A stretch of 64,000 nucleotides of DNA, taken from positions 160,001 to 224,000 of the forward strand of contig OZ242195.1 in assembly GCA_965205975.1 (NCBI GenBank), in the 5' to 3' direction. Shown piece by piece: positions 22,543-32,364 of this stretch (the first letter of the stretch is position 1; each line of letters opens with the position of its first letter). Under the pieces are notes generated by a model, which saw only the letters and a program-made list of their open reading frames with translations, was not told the origin of the DNA and made no database searches. Source of the DNA: Candidatus Latescibacterota bacterium. GTDB taxonomy: Bacteria; Latescibacterota; UBA2968. Position numbers and translations under genes: made by a program.

Positions 22543-25500
22543 TCAGGCTCTTTTTGCCACGGCCACAATCCGCTTTGTATATCCCGACAGGTCATCCATG
22601 AGCGAATATATGGTGGGCAGGATGACGAGGGTGAGGATAGTAGAGATCGAGAGGCCAGAGATAATGACCAGACCAATTGGGCCCCAACGCCTGGCATTGC
22701 CTTCGACGTTGCCGTAAATCATCGGAATAACCAGCGGCGTAAGCCCCAGAATGGTCGTGGTTGCGGTCATCAAAATGGGACGCAGGCGGTCCTGTCCGCC
22801 GCGCAAGATCGCATCTCTTCGATATAGCCCCTGCTTGCGATAGCGATTGATGTGGTCGATTAATACAATGCCGTTGTTGACCACAATGCCAAATAAAATG
22901 AGTAGCCCATAGGTCGCATTGCTGTCCAGCGCAATGCCGAATATGTAAAGTCCCAATGCGACGCCTATAAACGCGAAGCTGATAGAAAACATGATGGTAA
23001 ATGGATGGACATAAGATTCAAATAGGGAAGCCATGATCAGATAAATGAGCAAGGCAGCGAAGATCATGGTGAAATTTGTTTCGCCCTCTTCTGAAGCCAT
23101 ATAGCGGAATCGTCGATCCATCTGCCAACTATACCCCTGGGGCAATGGGATGGCATCCATGCGGTCGCGCATTTCATAACCGACCGCTTGGACTTCCGAT
23201 GCTTCCGTATTTGCGAACACGGTTACTGTTGACATCCGATCCTGACGTTCGATGGATTGGGGACCTTTGGTTAATTCAAAATCGGCCAGGCTGGCAAATG
23301 CAATCATAGTACCCCGGTTGTTTTCAAACGAGAGGGTTTTGAGCTGGTCCAGCGTGGCGCGGTCCTCTTCTCGCAGTTGCAGCGCGATATCGATTTCTCC
23401 ATCCGGCGTTTTGAATTTGCTATTTCCGCGTGCTCCCAATGCCGTGGCAACAGTTGAAGCTATTTGCTGAGGTGAAAGGCCGTATTGTTGCGCGCGTTCT
23501 CTCCTCACCGAGACCCTGATTTCTTCTGTGCCACTTTCCAGGCTGGTTTCCACGTCGTGAATGCCCTCAATATCGTCCATTCGCAGCCGGATATCTTCGG
23601 CTAAAATCGCCAGCACTTCGGGATTTCGCCCTTTGATTTCTACCCCGACGCCCGTGCCACTGCTGCCACCTCGCTGGAAGCCCGCCTTAAAACGCACGCC
23701 AGGGATGTCTTTGGGCAGCAAAGCACTTACCCGTTTTTTCACATCGTCTGTGCTAAGTGGGCTTTCTTCGACGGGTTTTAAGTACAGATAAATCCTATTG
23801 CCTCGCCGAGTGCTATATCGCGTTTTCATGGCTTCGATATCCAGTTCTTCCTTGTGTGGGAGAATAACGGTTTCAACCTGTTTGAATAGCGCGAGTGCGT
23901 CGTCAATATCGTATGTCCGCGGCATTTCCACTACATAGCCCACCATTCGGTCGGGTTGGTAACGATAGCGCTGTACTTCAATTTTGGTAAAGATGTATAT
24001 GCCGCCAAAGAGGATAAATGTCGCAACGACAACGGTGGTCCAGCGATAGTGCAGCGTGGTGCTGATTACGCGCGTGTAAACGCCTTTGAGGCCGAGATGC
24101 CGAAACCGGAAATAGAGATAGCCGATTGTGGCGACAAATACGCCCAGCGCGACCCAGGCCAATATTGGCACGGTTGAAAGCCCGCCCAAAATCCACAGCG
24201 TATTGTCTTTGAGCCAGGTGGCCGATTCGATAATGCCCTCCTGGTAAATGAGATACGCCGCGCCTGCGGCAAACAAAGTACCCAATCCAATTTTTAAAAA
24301 GAGATCAACTCGGGTACCCGCATTTGAAAATGCCCGGGAGCAGGCCAGCGGTATGAGTGTTAAAGCCACGCATAGTGCCGCTACGACTGCAATACATACG
24401 GTGATGGCAAAATCGCGCATCCACATTGTATTGTACGAGCCAGAAATAAAGATGAGGGGTACAAATACGCATATTGTCGTCAGTGCCGCCGCCAGTACGG
24501 GTATGCCGATTTCGCGGCTGCCTTCAATCGCTGCGGTTCTCGTGCCATCGCCTACATCAAAACGCCTGCGATAAATATTTTCCAGTGCCACGACCGCTGG
24601 ATCGACCAGCATTCCAATGGCGACCATCAGACCCATCATCGAGATCATGTTCAGCGTGATAGTCGAGCCAAATACTTGCCGCATTAGATACATGATCATA
24701 AAAACGCACAATACCGAAATGGGAATGGCGGATCCCACAATGAGCGTGCTGCGGAAGTTTCGCAAAAAAATAAAAATGATGCCAATAGCGAGCATGCCTC
24801 CCAGCATGGCGGATTGCCCCAGACTGGCGATGCCCCTTACCACGGCTTCTGATTGGTCTCGGCGCAAGTGCAATCGCAATTTGTCGCGCCCAATTTCATC
24901 TTGTAGAGCTTCTAACTCTGCCCGGACCAATCGGCAGGTTTCTACCAGATTGGCAGTCGAGGTTTTGCGAATTTCCATAGAGACCACATCGCGCCCGTCC
25001 ATGCGTTCAAAATATCGCTTTTCCGGATAGTCGTAACTCACTTTTGCCACATCTTTTATTTCCAGACCATTGGGAAGTGTGAGATCGCGTATTTGATCCA
25101 CTTCGTCAAATTCGCCTACTGCCCGAACGGCGAGGCGTTTGTCGCCTTCAGTGACATAACCGCCAGAAATGTTGATGTTGTTGGAGCGTATTGTTCTGTT
25201 GAGGGTGCGAATGTCCAGGCCATGGGCGTGCATGCGATTTTTATCGACATCGACTCTGAGTATTCTTTCATCGGCGCCTTCCATTTCGACATTGCCCACC
25301 CCGGGGATGCGTTGCAAGCGCGGCACGATCGTATTTTTATACACTGTGGCGAGTTCGGATTGATTATCGCCCAGCCAGACCATATTGTAGTCCAGAATTT
25401 CCCAATCAGACGAGTCCCATCTGCGCATCTCAATGCGTTCGAGGTCTTCAGGGAGTTGGTTCCGAACTTGATCGACGCGATCCCGAACCTGAATAGATTT

Positions 25501-25809
25501 GAGATCCATGTCGGTACCGTAGTCAAATTCGATGTACACATAACCCCGACTGCCATAGGATCGCGCGCGGAGTGATTCAACGCCGGGAATCGTGCCCAGT
25601 ATCTCTTCGATTGGCTTGGTAATTTTCTTTTCGATTTCTTCGGGAGATGACGAGGGATATGAAAAGCTCACATACATCCTGGGATACTGTAAGTCGGGTG
25701 CGTATTCGAGGGGCAATCTGAATAGGGAAATGAATCCCATGACTATGAGACTGAGCGCTACCATTACAGCAGTAATGGGTTTTTTAATCGCGTATTCCGA
25801 GAGTTTCAT
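22543..25809 (-). CDS. AcrB/AcrD/AcrF-family RND efflux transporter
   Basis: 1088 aa, PEEIEKKITKPIEE, ALENIYR, GIVVNNGIVLID, RLRPILMT. Confidence 0.92.
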   Translation of the reverse strand: MKLSEYAIKKPITAVMVALSLIVMGFISLFRLPLEYAPDLQYPRMYVSFSYPSSSPEEIEKKITKPIEEILGTIPGVESLRARSYGSRGYVYIEFDYGTDMDLKSIQVRDRVDQVRNQLPEDLERIEMRRWDSSDWEILDYNMVWLGDNQSELATVYKNTIVPRLQRIPGVGNVEMEGADERILRVDVDKNRMHAHGLDIRTLNRTIRSNNINISGGYVTEGDKRLAVRAVGEFDEVDQIRDLTLPNGLEIKDVAKVSYDYPEKRYFERMDGRDVVSMEIRKTSTANLVETCRLVRAELEALQDEIGRDKLRLHLRRDQSEAVVRGIASLGQSAMLGGMLAIGIIFIFLRNFRSTLIVGSAIPISVLCVFMIMYLMRQVFGSTITLNMISMMGLMVAIGMLVDPAVVALENIYRRRFDVGDGTRTAAIEGSREIGIPVLAAALTTICVFVPLIFISGSYNTMWMRDFAITVCIAVVAALCVALTLIPLACSRAFSNAGTRVDLFLKIGLGTLFAAGAAYLIYQEGIIESATWLKDNTLWILGGLSTVPILAWVALGVFVATIGYLYFRFRHLGLKGVYTRVISTTLHYRWTTVVVATFILFGGIYIFTKIEVQRYRYQPDRMVGYVVEMPRTYDIDDALALFKQVETVILPHKEELDIEAMKTRYSTRRGNRIYLYLKPVEESPLSTDDVKKRVSALLPKDIPGVRFKAGFQRGGSSGTGVGVEIKGRNPEVLAILAEDIRLRMDDIEGIHDVETSLESGTEEIRVSVRRERAQQYGLSPQQIASTVATALGARGNSKFKTPDGEIDIALQLREEDRATLDQLKTLSFENNRGTMIAFASLADFELTKGPQSIERQDRMSTVTVFANTEASEVQAVGYEMRDRMDAIPLPQGYSWQMDRRFRYMASEEGETNFTMIFAALLIYLIMASLFESYVHPFTIMFSISFAFIGVALGLYIFGIALDSNATYGLLILFGIVVNNGIVLIDHINRYRKQGLYRRDAILRGGQDRLRPILMTATTTILGLTPLVIPMIYGNVEGNARRWGPIGLVIISGLSISTILTLVILPTIYSLMDDLSGYTKRIVAVAKRA

Positions 25810-26065
25810 AAACAGACCTCAAAAAGATAAAAGTTGAAGTAAGAAGTGAGACGCGAATCTCAGTGTCATCCATCAGCAGCTAAGACGAATTTTGCTAAGT
25901 AACCATTTACTTACTTATGGATAATATACAACATTTCATCACAAAAGCAACCGCAGTTTTTTAAAAATTTCACCATTACAGAAAAGACTTGCAAATTTGT
26001 TTCAATAGATATTTCATGCTGAAGTCTGGGCATAATCACACATTTACTTTCTAAAGGAGACTCCA

Positions 26066-26947
26066 ATGGGCAATCGGGTCAATCGCGCAGTTGAGTTGCT
26101 TTCAGAAGATCAACCGATCTATTATACAGGGGCACATACAGGGCATGTGCTTACGTTTGAACAGGGACAGAATGACGCCAGTACCTGGGCGGATTATATC
26201 AATGTGGGTATGGAACACGGGGCTTTTAATCTGGGAGGGCTTGACGACTATATGCGCGGTCTGGTCAGCGGGGGACCTACAAATAGCGGGCACAGGACGC
26301 CCGCTGTTATTGTTGAAGCTCCTGTGGAGGGCGCGTCGGAAAATATTGTGCGCTACAATGCCTGGCAATTTCGGCAGATTCTCGCGCGCGGTGTACACGG
26401 CATTTTGCTCTGTCAGGCGGAATCGCCCGATGCGATACGCGCTTTTGTCGAGTCGTGTCGCTATCCCATCAACAAAATCGGTGTTGGCCACGGCCTCAGT
26501 ACAGGTACGCGAGGCGTGGGGTCCGAATCGTCTGCAACAGCGATATGGGGGATTAGCCGCGATGAGTATATTCAGAAGGCAGATCCCTATCCGCTAAATC
26601 CCGATGGCGAACTGTTGCTGGGCATCAAGATTGAGAATGTGCGCGGTGCATCCAATATCGAACAGATTCTCAAGGTGCCCGGTATTGGGTTTGCCGAAAT
26701 GGGTCCGGGCGATTTGAGTATGTCGATGGGGTATTTGCACCGTCCAACGCCTTTTTCTCCCGAAATGCAAGAGGTGAGGGATCGCGTGAAGGCCGCGTGT
26801 GCAGAAAACGGCGTTGCTTTTCTCGAGGGAGGTAGTCCCGAGACGGTTGCCGCAAAAATAGACGAGGGTGTGCGCGTGGTTTCCGGTGGCAGGGAAGAAA
26901 TCGCACGTGTTGGGCGCGAATATTCAGGCCGTCGCATGCCGGTTTAA
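26066..26947 (+). CDS. HpcH/HpaI aldolase/citrate lyase family protein
   Basis: GMEHG, KIEN, GPGDLSMSMG motifs. Confidence 0.8.
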   Translation: MGNRVNRAVELLSEDQPIYYTGAHTGHVLTFEQGQNDASTWADYINVGMEHGAFNLGGLDDYMRGLVSGGPTNSGHRTPAVIVEAPVEGASENIVRYNAWQFRQILARGVHGILLCQAESPDAIRAFVESCRYPINKIGVGHGLSTGTRGVGSESSATAIWGISRDEYIQKADPYPLNPDGELLLGIKIENVRGASNIEQILKVPGIGFAEMGPGDLSMSMGYLHRPTPFSPEMQEVRDRVKAACAENGVAFLEGGSPETVAAKIDEGVRVVSGGREEIARVGREYSGRRMPV

Positions 26948-26950
26948 TAA

Positions 26951-26984
26951 AAAAATAGGGCTGTGCGATGTTTGCACAGCCCCG
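26951..26984. terminator. Hairpin terminator between convergent genes
   Basis: GGGGCTGTGC...GCACAGCCCC preceded by an A run. Confidence 0.65.
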
Positions 26985-27005
26985 AGTATTCGATTTAATA
27001 CGTGC

Positions 27006-27479
27006 TTAAAATGGATTGCCCTGGCGCGCCAGTTCAAATTTTCGCCAGCCGACTTGTTTGCCATTTTCGAACACTTTTTCCAGTGTGTAAAAGGAGGATG
27101 GGTCGTATTCTCGCCAGACGCCCGTTTTTTTATTTTTTAGGTATAGACCTTCTTCTTTTTTTACACCGTTTCTAAAATAAGATATCCAGTGTCCGTCTAT
27201 TACACCATTTGTCCAGTTGCCTTCTGTTTTTTTCTGTCCGTTGCTGTAAAATGTGATTTCAAGCCCGTCTTGCATGACGCCATTTTTGTATGTGCCCTGC
27301 CCGTGTACGTTGCCCGCGGCATCGTAATATGTCCAAACCCCAGTGCGGGCACCGCTGTCGTATTGCCCTTTTGCCACTACGCGGCCGTATTGTTTTATTT
27401 CCGTCTGTCCTTCAAATAGCGAGGGCATCTGACACCCGGCTGTTAGGATTCCCACGAGAAGAATTGTAATTTTGTTCAT
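27006..27479 (-). CDS. MORN-variant repeat (YwqK-like) lipoprotein
   Basis: Lipobox LTAGC and repeated G.W..Y..NG..K.EG.Y units. Confidence 0.8.
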   Translation of the reverse strand: MNKITILLVGILTAGCQMPSLFEGQTEIKQYGRVVAKGQYDSGARTGVWTYYDAAGNVHGQGTYKNGVMQDGLEITFYSNGQKKTEGNWTNGVIDGHWISYFRNGVKKEEGLYLKNKKTGVWREYDPSSFYTLEKVFENGKQVGWRKFELARQGNPF

Positions 27480-27610
27480 TTTTTACTCCTGTGTTGTTCT
27501 TTGGATATTTTATGTGATAAACTAATATACAAAACTGTTTTCATAAGGCAAAGACCGAAATGACAAATGATTCATTTAATACTTGTGAGTGTGCATAAAT
27601 TGGACCTGAC

Positions 27611-27641
27611 CTCAACTACAAAGCGATTGCACTCAACGACA
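27611..27641. promoter_or_regulatory. Candidate operator: direct repeat CTCAACNACA with 21-bp period
   Basis: CTCAACTACA (27611) and CTCAACGACA (27632) lie just upstream of the XRE regulator gene. Confidence 0.35.
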
Positions 27642-27694
27642 CCTTTATTGTTACCACCGTCCTCTCATAGTATTTTGTAAACAGTTCGCTTATC

Positions 27695-28438
27695 GTGGAC
27701 AAAGAGTCCAATATGTTACTCATTGAACTGGGCCAACGCCTTCGCGCTCAGCGGGAACGCCTTGGCCTCAAGCAAAACGACGTTGCCAATGCCCTGCAGG
27801 TAAGTCCACAGGCCGTTTCCAAGTGGGAAAGGGGTGAAAACGGTCCCGACATTGCTACTCTGGGACCTCTTGCCAGATTGCTCGGCGTTTCGACGGACTG
27901 GCTTTTGGATGCACATGGCGAAAATCAAGATGTTTTTGATGCTACTATCTTTACCTCTACCGTCGTCGGTGCATATCAAAAATCATTACAAATGGAGGCG
28001 CGGGAGTTTGCAGCATGGGCAAATGGTATTTTGTTTCAACTGACCGAAGCTGTTTTGCGCCACGATGGCGTTCCGCTCAGATATATGGGTGACGCATTTT
28101 TGTGTTTTTTTTCCGGTGTTCACCATCAGCTTCGCGCTGCTCAAGCAGCGGCATTTTCCCAGCGGCTCATCAGCGAAGACCTGGTCATTGGTTTGAGCAG
28201 TGGTGAGATTTATTTGGGCGCAATGGGGCATCCCGATTACGCTCATCCCGATGTGACGGGAGAAGTGGTCAACATCGCGTTTATTGTTCGAGAATGGGCA
28301 GAAACAAATGTCCGCAAAGGAATTGCAGCAACGACATCTGTGTCGAACAATCTCGATGAAGTTTTTGATATTTCCCAACCCACAGAAATCAATTTTCGCG
28401 GCATTGAGACGCCCATCTCAATTTGTCAGATCAGATAG
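27695..28438 (+). CDS. XRE-family HTH regulator fused to a degenerate class III nucleotide cyclase domain
   Basis: N-terminal LRAQRERLGLKQNDVA...VSPQAVSKWERG HTH. C-terminal ATIFTST, RYMGDA, IGLSSGE, GEVVNIA, FRG cyclase pattern. Confidence 0.8.
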   Translation: MDKESNMLLIELGQRLRAQRERLGLKQNDVANALQVSPQAVSKWERGENGPDIATLGPLARLLGVSTDWLLDAHGENQDVFDATIFTSTVVGAYQKSLQMEAREFAAWANGILFQLTEAVLRHDGVPLRYMGDAFLCFFSGVHHQLRAAQAAAFSQRLISEDLVIGLSSGEIYLGAMGHPDYAHPDVTGEVVNIAFIVREWAETNVRKGIAATTSVSNNLDEVFDISQPTEINFRGIETPISICQIR

Positions 28439-28483
28439 GGGTGTTCCTTGTCCGCGTGTGCCAACCGAGAGAAAGGATAAAAT

Positions 28484-29935
28484 ATGGCCGATGTAGTGTT
28501 GCCCGATAGCGCGATTGATATTCAAATTCCCGATTATTCGCATCTGCCCTATAAAGTCGCCGATATGTCTCAGGCAGATTTTGGACGAAAAGAGATCACA
28601 ATTGCCGAGCAAGAGATGCCCGGTTTGATGGCTGTGCGCGAAAAATACGCAGATCAGAAACCTCTGAAGGGTGCCCGCATAATGGGTTCGCTTCACATGA
28701 CGATTCAGACCGCTGTGTTGATCGAGTCGCTCAGGGTGTTGGGGGCCGATGTGCGCTGGGCGTCGTGCAATATTTTTTCTACCCAGGACCACGCAGCCGC
28801 CGCTATTGCAGAAACGGGTACGCCGGTTTATGCGTGGAAGGGCGAGTCGCTGGAAGAATATTGGGAATGCACTTTGCAAGCACTCAATTTTGTGGAGGGT
28901 GGACCGACACTTATTGTCGATGATGGAGGAGATGCGACGTTGCTGGTTCACCGGGGGTATCAGGCTGAAGACGATCCTTCGATTCTCGATGAGCCAACCG
29001 ATAATCGCGAATTGGAGATTGTCAATGCCGTGCTGAGGCGGCAACTCGAGCGCGATCCGCGTTTTTGGCACAGTATGGCTGCGGATATTCAGGGCGTGTC
29101 AGAGGAGACTACAACAGGTGTTCACCGCCTGTATCAGATGCGGGATGACGGCACGCTTCTTTTTCCCGCGATCAATGTCAATGATTCGGTGACCAAATCG
29201 AAATTTGATAATCTCTATGGCTGCCGCGAATCGCTTGCCGACGGTATTAAGCGCGCGACGGATGTTATGGTCGCTGGCAAGGTCGTTTGCGTGTGTGGTT
29301 ACGGCGATGTGGGCAAGGGATGTGCCCAATCTATGCGGGGATTTGGCGCGCGTGTGTTGGTGACGGAGATCGATCCGATATGTGCTTTGCAGGCGGCGAT
29401 GGAGGGTTTTGAAGTGACGACTGTGGAGGATGCCCTTTCCGAAGCCAATATTTTTGTTACGACGACGGGAAATACGGATATTATCCGCATTGAGCACATG
29501 GTAAATATGCTCGACCAATCCATTGTGTGCAATATCGGGCATTTTGACAATGAGATTCAGGTCGATAAGCTGGTCGATTATCCGGGTATTGTGCACGAAA
29601 ATATCAAGCCGCAGGTCGATAAATACACGTTTCCAGATGGGCAGGCGATTTTTTTGCTCGCGGAAGGCCGTCTGGTCAATCTCGGTTGTGCAACCGGGCA
29701 TCCTTCTTTTGTGATGTCCAATTCGTTTACCAATCAGGTGCTGGCGCAGATGGATCTGTGGGCACAACAACGCGAAGTCGGCGTTTATACGTTGTCCAAA
29801 CACCTCGACGAGGAGGTTGCGCGCCTTCATCTTGAAAAACTGGGTGTAAAGTTGACCCAACTCACGCAGAAGCAGGCCGATTATATTGGCGTGTCTGTCG
29901 AAGGTCCGTATAAACCCGGTCATTACCGGTATTAA
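28484..29935 (+). CDS. ahcY: Adenosylhomocysteinase
   Basis: [52 protein letters not shown]. Confidence 0.98.
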   Translation: MADVVLPDSAIDIQIPDYSHLPYKVADMSQADFGRKEITIAEQEMPGLMAVREKYADQKPLKGARIMGSLHMTIQTAVLIESLRVLGADVRWASCNIFSTQDHAAAAIAETGTPVYAWKGESLEEYWECTLQALNFVEGGPTLIVDDGGDATLLVHRGYQAEDDPSILDEPTDNRELEIVNAVLRRQLERDPRFWHSMAADIQGVSEETTTGVHRLYQMRDDGTLLFPAINVNDSVTKSKFDNLYGCRESLADGIKRATDVMVAGKVVCVCGYGDVGKGCAQSMRGFGARVLVTEIDPICALQAAMEGFEVTTVEDALSEANIFVTTTGNTDIIRIEHMVNMLDQSIVCNIGHFDNEIQVDKLVDYPGIVHENIKPQVDKYTFPDGQAIFLLAEGRLVNLGCATGHPSFVMSNSFTNQVLAQMDLWAQQREVGVYTLSKHLDEEVARLHLEKLGVKLTQLTQKQADYIGVSVEGPYKPGHYRY

Positions 29936-29943
29936 CGATTAGG

Positions 29944-29968
29944 GGACTGGGAGCTTATCCCCAGTCCC
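29944..29968 (+). terminator. Hairpin between ahcY and metF (possible attenuator or terminator)
   Basis: GGACTGGG...CCCAGTCC followed by CAACCTTTTTT. Confidence 0.5.
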
Positions 29969-29978
29969 AACCTTTTTT

Positions 29979-30857
29979 ATGCGATTTTTAGACTATTTTA
30001 CCGGCAATCAATCGGTCATTTCGTTTGAGATTTATCCGCCGCAGACGTCGGGTGGTATGCGCGCGCTCAAAGCGCGGGTTGTTCCCAATTTGCTCAAGCT
30101 GAATCCCAGCTATATGACGGTTACGTATGGCGCAGGTGGCTCGACACGCGCCAAGACGCTGGAGATTGCCTCGCTTATTCAGAATGAATTTGGGCTGACT
30201 GCGGCGTGTCATCTCACCTGTGTGGGGTCGTCCCGGACAGATATCGATGATATTTTGCAGGCGATTCGCGCAGAGGGTATCCGCAATATTGTTGCGCTTC
30301 GCGGCGATCCCCCGCGTGGCGAAGATACTTTTGTGCCCGCGAAGGATGGATTTGCTTATGGCAATGAGCTTGTGGCGCATATTCGCAGTACAGAACCGAA
30401 AGACGATGGGTTTGGGTTGGCTGTTGCGGGGTATCCCGAGAAACACCTCGAAGCGCCCGATTTTGATACGGATATTGCAAATTTGAAGCGGAAAGTTGAG
30501 TCAGGTGGGGATATTGTTATTACGCAGCTTTTTTATAATAACGATCACTTTTTTCGTTTTGTCGATCGCGTGCGTGCAGCCCATATCACAGCACCTGTTG
30601 TTCCGGGTCTGATGCCGATTCTCGCGGCGGGACAGATCCAGCGCATCGCATCTTTGTGTGGGGCTGAGATTCCGGGGGATTTGCAGGATCAACTCAAGGG
30701 GGCTGTGGATGATGAAGACAAGGCGATGAAAATTGGGGTAGATCAGTGCATCGAGCAGGCAACCGAATTGCTCGAACAGGGCGTGCCGGGTATTCACTTT
30801 TACGTGCTGAACAAATCCACTCACATGCGCCGGATTATCAGCGCGCTTCCTCTCTAA
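29979..30857 (+). CDS. metF: 5,10-methylenetetrahydrofolate reductase
   Basis: SFEIYPP, VTYGAGG, HLTC, ALRGDPP, AGYPEKH, ITQLF, GIHFYVLN. Confidence 0.95.
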   Translation: MRFLDYFTGNQSVISFEIYPPQTSGGMRALKARVVPNLLKLNPSYMTVTYGAGGSTRAKTLEIASLIQNEFGLTAACHLTCVGSSRTDIDDILQAIRAEGIRNIVALRGDPPRGEDTFVPAKDGFAYGNELVAHIRSTEPKDDGFGLAVAGYPEKHLEAPDFDTDIANLKRKVESGGDIVITQLFYNNDHFFRFVDRVRAAHITAPVVPGLMPILAAGQIQRIASLCGAEIPGDLQDQLKGAVDDEDKAMKIGVDQCIEQATELLEQGVPGIHFYVLNKSTHMRRIISALPL

Positions 30858-31455
30858 GTGGAAATTTCTCAGTGATTAGCATAATTGGCTTTTTATTGGC
30901 GAGCACTCTGTAGGTGCGGCTGAGTAGTGGTTCCCCTTCAAGATGCGCAATGGCTTCCGGCAGATCCCGTGCGGTTTCACAGCAGCACCACAACAATTCA
31001 CGGCGGGTTTCCAGTCCGCTGTTTTGCAAAATCCCTCCCAATCCCGCAGGATCTGATTCCAATTCGTCCAAAATGCCTTTTGGCAAGTGTTGCGGTACAA
31101 TGAGGGATGTGGCATACGCCTGAATTTTTGGCGTATCTTTGCCGATTGAGGGCGTTTGTAGTACTGCTTGTCGTGCTATGACGTGTGCCCCTGCTGGCAG
31201 TTCAAGCCAGATATGTTCTGTGCAGAGCGTCTGTTCCGTCTGGTGGAGGATCGCGACTTCCACCGGCGCGAGTGTATAGGCTTCGATGAGTCTTGTGACG
31301 GTGCCGTCGGTGACGATTAATGCCCGCTGGAATGGCGTTAATTGCGCGATGTTGATTTCTCCAGACATCGCTGGCCTTTCGGCCTGTGCGACAAATATAT
31401 TTTTTACGTGTGTGTCAATAAAGGTTGTCGAATTGAAAATTGAATCTGTCTTCAT
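30838..31455 (-). CDS. Chorismate pyruvate-lyase family protein (UbiC/DUF98-like)
   Basis: TDGTVTRLIEA, LETRRE, SRTY...PIMLITEKFP. Confidence 0.75.
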   Translation of the reverse strand: MKTDSIFNSTTFIDTHVKNIFVAQAERPAMSGEINIAQLTPFQRALIVTDGTVTRLIEAYTLAPVEVAILHQTEQTLCTEHIWLELPAGAHVIARQAVLQTPSIGKDTPKIQAYATSLIVPQHLPKGILDELESDPAGLGGILQNSGLETRRELLWCCCETARDLPEAIAHLEGEPLLSRTYRVLANKKPIMLITEKFPLREEAR

Positions 31456-31577
31456 CGAGCTATTGTCCTTTCATATATACAGTCGTTGCGCAACGCACTT
31501 TAGACACATAAGGACAAAAAAAGTTCTGAAACATTGCATGTGTGATTCTAATCCGTTATTTTGATGGGAAGAGCGCA

Positions 31578-32342
31578 ATGAGAATAGTTACATGGAATGT
31601 AAATGGATTGCGGGCTGCACTTCGCAAGGGGTTTATGGATCATATTAAAACGCTAAACCCCGATGTGATCCTTTTGCAAGAAATTCGCGTTTTGCCCGAG
31701 CAACTATCTGCGAGAGAACGCAACCCCGAGGGATGGCATGTTATCTGGCATCCAGCCGAGCGCAAGGGCTATGCGGGTACAGCGGTATGGTCTCGTACGC
31801 CTTTAGGAGAAGAAGAACGCGGTGTGGGCGGGACCGATTCTGAAGGTCGGATTTTGCGGGTGAACACTCGAGGTATTCAATTCGTCAGTGTGTACCTGCC
31901 CTCGGGGTCATCCGGCGAGGAGCGCCAGGCGATCAAGGAGTGCTGGATGGATCGCTTTCGCCCCTGGGCCGATGGCCTGGTGAAAAAACGGGTTCCTACA
32001 ATTATGGGCGGTGATTTTAATATCGCGCATACCGAACGCGATATTTATTATGCTAAGAGCAATGAAAAAAATTCGGGTTTTTTGCCGCATGAACGCGCGT
32101 GGATGGGCGATTTCATCGCTTCTGGCTGGCGCGATTTTACGCGAGAACACTACGGCGATATTCAGGGTCCGTATTCCTGGTGGTCCAATCGGGGAAGAGC
32201 CAGGGAATTGGACCGAGGTTGGCGCATCGACTATTTGTTGGGTAATGCAGCCGCCGCAAAGCGCGTTCAATCTGCCCGTGTTGACCGCGAAGGCGGTTTG
32301 ACCATATCTGATCACGCACCGGTTGTTGTAGATTTGAAATAG
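31578..32342 (+). CDS. xth: Exodeoxyribonuclease III
   Basis: TWNVNGLRA, LQE, GDFNIAH, YSWWS.R, GWRIDY, SDHAP. Confidence 0.95.
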   Translation: MRIVTWNVNGLRAALRKGFMDHIKTLNPDVILLQEIRVLPEQLSARERNPEGWHVIWHPAERKGYAGTAVWSRTPLGEEERGVGGTDSEGRILRVNTRGIQFVSVYLPSGSSGEERQAIKECWMDRFRPWADGLVKKRVPTIMGGDFNIAHTERDIYYAKSNEKNSGFLPHERAWMGDFIASGWRDFTREHYGDIQGPYSWWSNRGRARELDRGWRIDYLLGNAAAAKRVQSARVDREGGLTISDHAPVVVDLK

Positions 32343-32364
32343 CTAATATACACAGGAGATTTCT

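Noticed and set aside
28439..28483. SAH/SAM riboswitch ahead of ahcY
   Set aside because: The gap is only 45 bp and lacks recognisable SAH or SAM-I/II consensus elements.
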